From assembly GCF_018398935.1 (NCBI RefSeq), contig NZ_CP074694.1, positions 3,540,001 through 3,572,000 of the forward strand: 32,000 nucleotides of DNA, written 5' to 3'. This document shows positions 8,196 through 15,860 of the stretch, piece by piece. The first letter of the stretch is position 1. Each line of letters begins with the position of its first letter. The position numbers were made by a program, and so were the translations under genes. The DNA comes from Telmatocola sphagniphila. GTDB lineage: Bacteria; Planctomycetota; Planctomycetia; Gemmatales; Gemmataceae. The notes under the pieces were generated by a model. It had not been told where the DNA came from. It did no database searches and was given only the letters and a program-made list of their open reading frames with translations.

Positions 8196-8732
8196 TTACT
8201 TTTTCACGTGATAGTAGCGACCGTTCGAGAAAAAAAGATCGTAGCCTTGATACATAACAGATGACGAGTCCTGTTGGGCATTCAAACCAGAAGCAGGTTG
8301 ACCTGTGAAGACCGGGGCGGAAGCTGGCGCGATTTGCATAATTGGAGCATTCGTCGATACAGCAGGTGTCACTTGAGTAGTGGCGGCCTGAGTTTGAACG
8401 ATTTGCTGCTGCGGAATGTAAGTGGGTGATTGTTGGATTATTGTTACACCGGGATCGACAGAATAGCTCGGCGAATAATAGGTAGAGTATCCGAAGTTAT
8501 AACCGTAATAAGGACTTACAAGACCTAATCCAAGGCCAAGCCCAAAACCTCCGCCATACCCGCCGTAATAACCTCCGCCGAATCCTCCTCGGTAACCTCC
8601 TCCTCCAAAGCCACCACGAGACCCCCCACCGAATCCTCCACCACCGTGGCCACCGCCACGCTGTGCGGAAGCCGTTTCAGTAGCAGACAAGAGCAGTAAC
8701 CCAGCCGAAATCGTAACAAGTAAGTTTTTCAT
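8196..8732 (-). CDS. Secreted glycine-rich protein (signal peptide, GGxGG/GYGG block, Gln/Thr-rich region, Tyr-rich C-terminus)
   Basis: The ATG at 8732 gives MKNLLVTISAGLLLLSATETASAQ followed by RGGGHGGGGFGGGSRGGFGGGGYRGGFGGGYYGGYGGGFGLGLGLG. The 232-aa version in the ORF track adds an unlikely N-terminal extension. Confidence 0.7.
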   Translation of the reverse strand: MKNLLVTISAGLLLLSATETASAQRGGGHGGGGFGGGSRGGFGGGGYRGGFGGGYYGGYGGGFGLGLGLGLVSPYYGYNFGYSTYYSPSYSVDPGVTIIQQSPTYIPQQQIVQTQAATTQVTPAVSTNAPIMQIAPASAPVFTGQPASGLNAQQDSSSVMYQGYDLFFSNGRYYHVKK

Positions 8733-9487
8733 GCTCTTATTCTCAAATGTGAAAATGATGGGAATTCCGGAAGGCGGGGTTAAGAAACCCGAATGACCTC
8801 CTGAAATTGCACTATGGTAGAAACGCCCTGAGCTTTTCTCGTTTTCGAAGATTAAACCTTTGAATGCCACGGCAAGAATTCGAGACGGCCACAATCGCGA
8901 TTACCAATAATCAAGTCAGTTCTTTACGGCACTATTCGTGCCCTAGTTATGCCGCGAACTGAAAGTAAGTAAAAATCGGCTGCACTAGCTCCCCCAATGG
9001 TTGGAATTAATCAGTAAAATCGCCTGTGCCATAATCCATCAAGAATAGTGATTTTGGCCATACGATACTTCGTAAGCGCGAATTGGCTCCGCAGAGATGT
9101 GCGAGGCAAGTTACGTAGATGGGATCGCCGTCGCCTATCTTAAAATCGTGAGATTTTGGCAATCGGCAAGCGTTGAGAATAGTCCTTTGACCTAGTATAA
9201 GGGCAGAAGAGCAGAGCCGAACTGGTTCGCTACTCCGTTCAACAATTTGGCTCCAAAACATTTAATGTTTCAGATTCTTGCTTCTGATATTCCCTTCTCA
9301 AGACAGGCTTTTCCTTACACACAAACGCTTATTTATCCATCCCACTCCTCCGCATCACCTCTCTAACCCTCCCATTCAGTTTCGCATAGTACCATTAATG
9401 CAAACTCGAAGACTTCAAAGCCAGGGCTGGCGTTTGATTCGGCCAGAGAGGTCGTGAGAAGATCGCAACCTGAGAAACCGACAGTAT

Positions 9488-10114
9488 GTGTTAGTGGTGG
9501 ATGACCTGTCTGATTCAGCAGAGAGCATGGCCGAGGTTCTTAAATTTTGGGGGTATGAAACGGAAGTGCGCTATTGCGGAGTTTCGGCACTCGCAGCCGT
9601 GCGCGATTGCCAACCTGCAGTTATTATTCTCGATATCGGTTTATCTCCGATGAATGGGTTCGAGTTCGCTCTCCGATTCCGCGAGTCGTTCGATCCTGTG
9701 CTAACGGCCATGATCGCGGTTAGCGGACATACTTCGCAAGAATATAAGGCTCGCTGCCACAAGCTTGGGATTAACCATTATTTGTATAAACCAGCCAACC
9801 TGAATCACTTGCAGGAATCGCTCGGGCTCTTCATCTTGGAACCACTACCGGTAAGTATCCCGATCGGTCAGCAATTGAGGATCGAACAACCTCCCATGAA
9901 TTGGCGAGCGTCGGATGACTTGATTGGAAACGACTCAAATGGACTTTCGATTAAATGCGATGCATGCCGATATCGAGAACATAGCCATGCCGGTACTGTA
10001 GACTTGACCGGATCAACTCGAAAAGGACGGGCCACATTTCGTGCATCTCGCGGAGCCCGCAGGCTAATTTGGAAAAGGAGTCCAGTGGAGGGCGAATGTT
10101 CAACACTCAGTTAG
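9488..10114 (+). CDS. Response regulator receiver domain protein with ~90-aa uncharacterized C-terminal extension (no recognisable output domain)
   Basis: Receiver motifs are present: (V)LVVDD, VIILDIGLSPMNG, MIAVSGH, YLYKP. It uses a GTG start, with a stop 30 nt upstream in frame. There is no histidine kinase in the window. Confidence 0.8.
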   Translation: MLVVDDLSDSAESMAEVLKFWGYETEVRYCGVSALAAVRDCQPAVIILDIGLSPMNGFEFALRFRESFDPVLTAMIAVSGHTSQEYKARCHKLGINHYLYKPANLNHLQESLGLFILEPLPVSIPIGQQLRIEQPPMNWRASDDLIGNDSNGLSIKCDACRYREHSHAGTVDLTGSTRKGRATFRASRGARRLIWKRSPVEGECSTLS

Positions 10115-10161
10115 GTAGAGTGATAATCGAGAAACAGGGTATTTAATTCTTAGGAGATTTG

Positions 10162-10362
10162 ATGTTTGAACTCACTTACAAACTCGTTGAAAGCGATAAA
10201 ATCCGACCAGTCTGTCCTTACTGTGAACAGCGGATCGATAGTCCAATTCCATACTTTCAAGAAACCCCTGGCCCTGCAGGCATCGGCGGCGGTGAGAGAA
10301 CTGCGCGGCTGTATATCTGCCCCCATTGCAATAAAGTCTTGGCGATAGGTGTTCCAGATTGA
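10162..10362 (+). CDS. Small zinc-ribbon protein (CPYC...CPHC)
   Basis: An AGGAG sits 5 nt upstream of the ATG. Two CxxC pairs lie 42 residues apart. Confidence 0.55.
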   Translation: MFELTYKLVESDKIRPVCPYCEQRIDSPIPYFQETPGPAGIGGGERTARLYICPHCNKVLAIGVPD

Positions 10363-10547
10363 TCACGATTCCAAGAAAGAGGTTAGAACAAGACCGCATT
10401 GCATTTACTCAGTGTTCGTAAATTCAGTTATTTTGCCATGATGTGGATTGGCGTCCGCATTTAAGTGCATGTGCGTTTTACAATGGCATGAAATATGTAG
10501 CATAAAGCAAATAGAGATGTTTAAGAAATTTTAAATACAGGAATCGA

Positions 10548-10796
10548 ATGTCTAATCAAAAAACACTCCACCATCACACCGTTAAATCGATCAGCGCTAA
10601 GAATAACAAAACTTCTGCTGAATCGTTCGCGTCAGCCAAGCAACAGATCAACGGCGAAGAACAATCCAATTTGATTCAGATCCGCGCCTATGGCTTGTGG
10701 GAAGCGGGCGGCAGGCCAGCTGGAGAGGAAGCGAAAGATCGATTTTGGAACGAAGCAGAAAAAGAAATCATCGCATCCCACACAACCCACGAATAA
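10548..10796 (+). CDS. DUF2934-domain protein
   Basis: IQIRAYGLWEAGGRPAGEEAKDRFWNEAEKEI matches the I..RAY.LWE..G.P.G....W..AE motif as I recall it. Confidence 0.7.
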   Translation: MSNQKTLHHHTVKSISAKNNKTSAESFASAKQQINGEEQSNLIQIRAYGLWEAGGRPAGEEAKDRFWNEAEKEIIASHTTHE

Positions 10797-10893
10797 GAGA
10801 CTAACAGAGTGGAATATTCTCGACAGGTTGGATGGTTTTCTAGGAGATACCATGCCTACTTTACCGACGGACCAGCAATAAGAATTTGTTCGA

Positions 10894-11133
10894 ATGGCAT
10901 CTGCTGCGAATTCGTTTCTAGCCCAGATCTGGCAGCAAGCCCTGGAGCACGAAGGCATTCGCTGCAAAGTGTTCGGCGACTACTTGGACGCCGGACTCGG
11001 GGACATATCGGGAATATCGGCTGAAGTTTGGGTTGAACCAGCCAACCTCGTTCGAGCACAGAAGATCCTTGAAAAACGTGAAGGCAATTCCGAAGAGACG
11101 ACTTTGGAAATCTCCAGGAGGAATAGATTGTGA
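10894..11133 (+). CDS. DUF2007-like small protein (putative signal-transducing fold)
   Basis: AQIWQQALEHEGIRCKVFGDYLDAGLGDISGISAEVWVEPANLVRAQKIL resembles the pattern a..l...L...gI.a.v.g..l.g..g......VwV...d...A..il. Confidence 0.55.
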   Translation: MASAANSFLAQIWQQALEHEGIRCKVFGDYLDAGLGDISGISAEVWVEPANLVRAQKILEKREGNSEETTLEISRRNRL

Positions 11134-11192
11134 ATAAAGAAAGGCCGAATGTCTACGACTTCAATGGCCCAATCGTTTAGGAGATACATCCG

Positions 11193-12272
11193 GTGTCCGC
11201 AAAAATCGTAACACCTCTCGACACTTCACCACCAACCGAACAAGCAGTCGTGACTAAACCTGTCGTGGTCCATACTCATGCGGCCGTCACCCAGGTCATC
11301 GTGGTCGGTCATTCCGCACTGTTCTATTGGTGGCCTCTTTGGGTGGCCGGATACTTAATGGCTCTGCTCACCTGGTCGAATCACGATCAGGCTCAAATAG
11401 GCAGCAAATCGGAATGGTTTTACCGCGGCCGCAATCTCGGTGTGATTTACACTCTTCTTCTTCTGATCCTGGTCACCAGCACCAAAATCAAGGGCATGAA
11501 GGCGGCTCTGATGATTGCGGGCATGGCTTTCATGGTTTTGTTGTTCGTACATCCGGAATGGTGGGAAGTCCTACCAGGTTGGTTTGGGCATCAATCTATT
11601 TCTCTTAGTCTCGGTTTTTACTTATTCTCCTCGACTATGCTTTTTTTGGTTTGGTCGATTAGTGTATTTTTCATCGATCGTCTGGGCTTATGGCGATTTC
11701 GATCGGGGCAAGTTACACACGAGTTTCTAGGGGGAATCGTGAATAACACTCACGATACCGAGAATATGACGATGTCGCTAATCATTCTGAAGCCTAATAT
11801 GACCCTTCCGGGATCAACTTGCCCCAAGCAAGAAACAATTTGCGAGGTAGTTGACGCTACGGTGAAGCGTCTCTTACGAACCGTCCCGGCTGCCATTCCG
11901 GGAGTTGCATTCTTATCGGGCGGACAATCAGCCGAATTAGCCTCAGCCCGGTTGAATGCGATGAATGTTAGATTCAGGTCGCGAATGCCTTGGACGTTAG
12001 CTTTTTCGTTGGCCCGTGCTATTCAACAACCTGCTTTAGAGATTCGGTGTGGCGAATCCGCAAACGTTTTAGCGGCTCAGAAAACCCTGTATCATCGTGC
12101 CAGGTGTAATCGCTCTGCCCGTTCGAAGAGAATATATTGCCGCGATGGAGAGGTCTTGATCGGAGCACGGAAAGCCTACTGGCGTTTGGGTCGTCGGCAG
12201 TGTTTCTTCAGCTCAGAAAGAGATTGTGGATTTCCGAGTAATGACGATATAGATCGCTGTCGATCATCATAA
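11193..12272 (+). CDS. Chimeric ORF: ~190-aa multi-TM membrane protein reading in frame into a class I fructose-bisphosphate aldolase fragment
   Basis: A GTG start has an AGGAG 7 nt upstream. Four hydrophobic segments fill the first 170 aa. From residue ~195 the sequence is unmistakably aldolase. The stop overlaps the ATPase start (TAATG). Confidence 0.6.
   Translation: MSAKIVTPLDTSPPTEQAVVTKPVVVHTHAAVTQVIVVGHSALFYWWPLWVAGYLMALLTWSNHDQAQIGSKSEWFYRGRNLGVIYTLLLLILVTSTKIKGMKAALMIAGMAFMVLLFVHPEWWEVLPGWFGHQSISLSLGFYLFSSTMLFLVWSISVFFIDRLGLWRFRSGQVTHEFLGGIVNNTHDTENMTMSLIILKPNMTLPGSTCPKQETICEVVDATVKRLLRTVPAAIPGVAFLSGGQSAELASARLNAMNVRFRSRMPWTLAFSLARAIQQPALEIRCGESANVLAAQKTLYHRARCNRSARSKRIYCRDGEVLIGARKAYWRLGRRQCFFSSERDCGFPSNDDIDRCRSS
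11775..12152 (+). pseudogene. Class I fructose-bisphosphate aldolase, C-terminal ~125 aa only
   Basis: The fragment reads LIILKPNMTLPGSTCPKQ...VPAAIPGVAFLSGGQSAELASARLNAMN...AIQQPALEI...AAQKTLYHRARCN. It starts at about the Schiff-base Lys box (LLKPNM). The N-terminal two thirds of the enzyme are absent. Confidence 0.8.
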
Positions 12273-14758
12273 TGAAAACAACCCTTAAAACACCAGGATC
12301 AAACCCATCGCAGGCTAAGCCCTTAGCCGCCAAGGAATCTACCCCTACGTCGGTACCCGACTCGCTTACCGAACTCCACGTCAACCTCAATACCGGACTC
12401 ACACAGCTTGAAGTAAGTATCCGGCGAAAAGAGCATGGCTACAACGAAGTAACCGAACAAAAAGAACATCCGTTCCTGAAGTTCCTCGGAAAATTCTGGG
12501 GACTTTCCGCCTGGATGCTGGAATTGATTATCGTTTTCTCGGCACTGCTGAGGCATTACACGGACCTCATGGTGGTGAGCGTCTTACTCCTCATCAATGC
12601 CATTTTGAGCTTCATCCAAGAACGTCGAGCCGCCGGCGTCGTTGCAACACTGCGGAGACGGCTTCAGGTCAATGCTCGCGTCTTGCGAGATTCGAATTGG
12701 CAGGTTATTCCTTCCCGCGAGTTGGTCCCCGGCGACATCGTTCGCGCGCGGCCCGGCGACATCATTCCGGCCGATTTTAGACTTCTCACGGGAACGTTGA
12801 CTGTAGACCAGTCGGCACTGACCGGCGAATCGAAAAATGCAGAGAAAACGACTGGAGAAGTGCTATCATCGGGATCAATCGTACGACGCGGTGAAGGCAA
12901 CGGTGTCGTCGTATTGACAGGTTCGAAGACACTTTTTGGTCGCACGACTCAGCTCGTCCAGATGGCAAGCCCCAAGCTCCATATCGAAGCCGTGATCTCC
13001 AAGCTCGTTCGTTGGCTTTTCGTCATCGTCGCTTCACTGGCGACTCTCGTCATCATCGTGTCGCTAATACGAGGCACGCCTCTTTTTGGGATGATCCCGC
13101 TGTTACTCGTCCTTCTGACGAGCGCAGTACCGATGGCCCTTCCTGTCATGTTCACGGTCAGTATGGCCATCGGGTCGAAGCAACTGGCCAAGCGCGGCGT
13201 ATTGGTCACTCGCCTCAGCGCCACTGAAGATGCCGCGACGATGAATGTGCTTTGCGTCGACAAGACGGGCACGATCACGATGAATCAGTTGGCTATTACC
13301 GGTGTGATTCCGCTCGATAGTGCGGCGGAAGCCGATGTTTTGTTCGCCGGTGCACTTGCTTCTCAGGAGGCCAACCAAGATCCGATTGACCTGGCCTTTC
13401 TTGCGGAAGCGAAGAAACGGCACATCTTCGACAATCTTGCCAAAGTCTCGCCCGTTTCCTTCTTCCCATTCGATGCGAAAAATCGCCGAACGGAAGCCGT
13501 GGTCGAACAGAATGGGAATCGCATTCGAGTGATGAAAGGGGCGGTACAAACCATCGCCGAAGCTTGCGGCCTTTTGCTCCCGGCGATTGAGGTATTGGAA
13601 GCCCGCGTTAGCGAATTTGCCTTCAAAGGATATCGGACTTTAGCGGTAGCGCGCGGCCCGGAGACAGGAACTCCACGAATACTCGGACTCGTTACCTTGT
13701 ACGATCCGCCGCGTCAGGATGCCAAATCCCTAATAACTGCGTTGCACGATTTAGGCGTTCCAGTCAAGATGCTCACTGGCGACGCACTAGCAGTTGCCAA
13801 AGAAATCGGCCAAGGTGTGGGCTTGTCGAATATTCTTCCCGTTGCAGCACTCAAAGCCGCAAGTGCTCAGACAGGTAACAAGACCTTCGACATATTAGCA
13901 AATGCTGATGGCTTCGCTGAGGTGTTTCCAGAGGATAAATACCTCGTTGTCAAGCATCTGCAAGCTGCCGGTCATGTGGTCGGGATGACGGGCGACGGCG
14001 TCAACGATGCTCCGGCCCTGCGCCAAGCCGAAGTCGGCATTGCTGTCAGTTCAGCAACCGATGTAGCGAAGGGCGCTGCAAGCGTCGTCCTCACCGAACC
14101 GGGTCTTACGAACATCTTGGCGTTGGTCGAACAAGGCCGGACGATCTACCAGCATGTTCTGACCTGGATCATCAACAAGATCAGCCAGACGATTCTGAAG
14201 GCCTCTTTCGTGGCCATCGCATTCCTCGCTACCGGACAGTTTGTTATCACCGCCTCAGCGATGCTCTTGCTCGTTTTCGTGATGGACTTCGCAACGATAG
14301 CCTTGGCCACCGACCGCGTTCGACCATCCAAAAAACCGGAAACTTGGGCCATCGGGGGCTTCGTCGCGGTATCGGTAGTGCTGGGCCTGGCTATGGTTGT
14401 TGAAACTCTCATGTTAGTGTGGATCGGCTGGTCGCGTTTCGGATTGGCTACAGACAGTAATGCCCTCTGCAGTTTCTGCTATCTGATTCTGCTTTATTTC
14501 GGCGTCTTTTCTTCTCTATCTCGGCGGGAACGACGCTGGTTCTGGTCGACGGCACCCAGCAAGACTCTAATCGTCGCTCTTGTAGCTGGCGCGGTCGCTG
14601 GTACTATCCTGACGCTGGTAGAACTTCCGGGGCTGCCCTCATTGCCTTGGGAGCAAATGTTAGCGATTTTTGCTTATGCGATGGTATCTTGCCTTGTCGT
14701 TAACGATGCAGTGAAAGTGATAATGATTAAGAGGCTCGTTCCGACTTCGGTTGCGTAA
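12272..14758 (+). CDS. P-type ATPase, type III (plasma-membrane H+-ATPase-like cation pump)
   Basis: It has TGES, CVDKTGTITMN, MLTGD and MTGDGVNDAPAL. The N-terminus GYNEVTEQKEHPFLKFLGKFWGLSAWMLE is typical of the H+-ATPase clade. There are 8-10 predicted TM segments. Confidence 0.88.
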   Translation: MKTTLKTPGSNPSQAKPLAAKESTPTSVPDSLTELHVNLNTGLTQLEVSIRRKEHGYNEVTEQKEHPFLKFLGKFWGLSAWMLELIIVFSALLRHYTDLMVVSVLLLINAILSFIQERRAAGVVATLRRRLQVNARVLRDSNWQVIPSRELVPGDIVRARPGDIIPADFRLLTGTLTVDQSALTGESKNAEKTTGEVLSSGSIVRRGEGNGVVVLTGSKTLFGRTTQLVQMASPKLHIEAVISKLVRWLFVIVASLATLVIIVSLIRGTPLFGMIPLLLVLLTSAVPMALPVMFTVSMAIGSKQLAKRGVLVTRLSATEDAATMNVLCVDKTGTITMNQLAITGVIPLDSAAEADVLFAGALASQEANQDPIDLAFLAEAKKRHIFDNLAKVSPVSFFPFDAKNRRTEAVVEQNGNRIRVMKGAVQTIAEACGLLLPAIEVLEARVSEFAFKGYRTLAVARGPETGTPRILGLVTLYDPPRQDAKSLITALHDLGVPVKMLTGDALAVAKEIGQGVGLSNILPVAALKAASAQTGNKTFDILANADGFAEVFPEDKYLVVKHLQAAGHVVGMTGDGVNDAPALRQAEVGIAVSSATDVAKGAASVVLTEPGLTNILALVEQGRTIYQHVLTWIINKISQTILKASFVAIAFLATGQFVITASAMLLLVFVMDFATIALATDRVRPSKKPETWAIGGFVAVSVVLGLAMVVETLMLVWIGWSRFGLATDSNALCSFCYLILLYFGVFSSLSRRERRWFWSTAPSKTLIVALVAGAVAGTILTLVELPGLPSLPWEQMLAIFAYAMVSCLVVNDAVKVIMIKRLVPTSVA

Positions 14759-14805
14759 CATCCCGACAGGAAGTCGCGATGAAATATATCGATTGAAGAC
14801 AGGAG

Positions 14806-15848
14806 ATGCTATCGATGTTGGAGTCCCCTGAGTATGACCGTCTAAACCATAAACGTGCCCTTGTACTTGTTGGTATGATGGCATTACTATCCGTCGTGGT
14901 TGGCTGGTTTTTACCTCCTGTCTTATGCGCTCTCATTCTATGCCCCCTGATCTACTGGTTGCTCCGGCGTCGATGCCTCCGCCGACTGTCGATTATGCAA
15001 CGGGCATTTCCTACAGAGGGAGAAAAAATCTTGGAGCGTCACGTTGCCTATTTTCGATCTCTCTCAGATCCCGAAAAAGCGCGCTTCCGACAACTCTGGA
15101 AAATTTTCCTCAATGAAATCCGGATTATAGGCATCCGCACCGAAGTCGACGACACCGTTCGGCTATTGGTAGCGGCCAGTGCCATTATCCCCATCTTCGG
15201 CTTGCATGATTGGGAATACCATCGACTGGGTGAAGTCCTTATTTATCCGGAGTCGTTGAGCGAGAAATATCAAACGACGGGAAATGCCTACGAGAACATT
15301 CTTGGCATGGTCGGCTTGAAACACCTGAGCGGAGTGATGATTCTGTCTAAGCTGTCTCCTCTCGCAGGCTTCGATAATGCAATCAGCTCAAACAATTTGG
15401 GCGTTCCTGAGTTCGCTCGCTTGATATCGCATGAAGAAGTCGAACATGGCCTTCCGCTGGAGGTTCCTTGGCAGTCCATTAAGCGTTGGGCGCAATACGT
15501 GGCAGAAGCACTTTCCCATCCAGCCAAAAATCATCCTTACATCAACGATTACGCCTATACGAACGAACGGGAGTATCTGGCGGTCTTAGCCGAATATTTC
15601 TTCAAATCGCCCGAGATTTGCAGAAAAAAGATCCAGAATTGTACGGCATGCTTCGGGAAATATTCCATCAGGATACCCGCACAACGCTGAAGCTCCCAAA
15701 CCTGCGCCGACAGAAATATGCTCGGAATTCTCCCTGCCCTTGCGGTAGTGGGAAAAAGTATAAGCAACGTTGCTTATCGAAGGTTGTGGATTCGAAAAAT
15801 GTAAGCTTATCTGAGCCTTCCCGGGAAACTTCGCTTCCCGGCGCATAG
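14806..15848 (+). pseudogene. Membrane-anchored M90/MtfA-like peptidase homologue with SEC-C tail, frameshifted and lacking the HExxH motif
   Basis: There are two N-terminal TM segments. The expected HEFAH box reads PEFAR (15406-15420). The frame breaks at about 15616-15620: ...YLAVLAEYFFKSPE | LQKKDPELYGMLREIFHQD.... The second frame ends with CPCGSGKKYKQRC (SEC-C motif). Confidence 0.6.
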
Positions 15849-15860
15849 GAAAGAAAAATT

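Noticed and set aside
8520-8700. Apparent DNA-level short tandem repeats (GGx/CCx periodicity)
   Set aside because: They are explained by the Gly-rich coding sequence on the minus strand. The units are imperfect, so this is not a true satellite.
9007-9261. 84-aa minus-strand ORF in the 8.7-9.5 kb gap
   Set aside because: It has no SD, no recognisable motif and a Cys/Leu/Arg-rich composition. There is insufficient support to call a gene.
9330-9400. Polypyrimidine tract (CCATCCCACTCCTCCGCATCACCTCTCTAACCCTCCC) upstream of the response regulator
   Set aside because: It occurs once and shows no repeat or pairing partner. I noted it only as a compositional oddity.
12323-14412. Multiple minus-strand ORFs inside the ATPase gene, with similar ones inside glgP, glgX and cas3
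   Set aside because: They are antisense to long ORFs rich in well-supported motifs, and have low-complexity Arg/Ser/Pro compositions.
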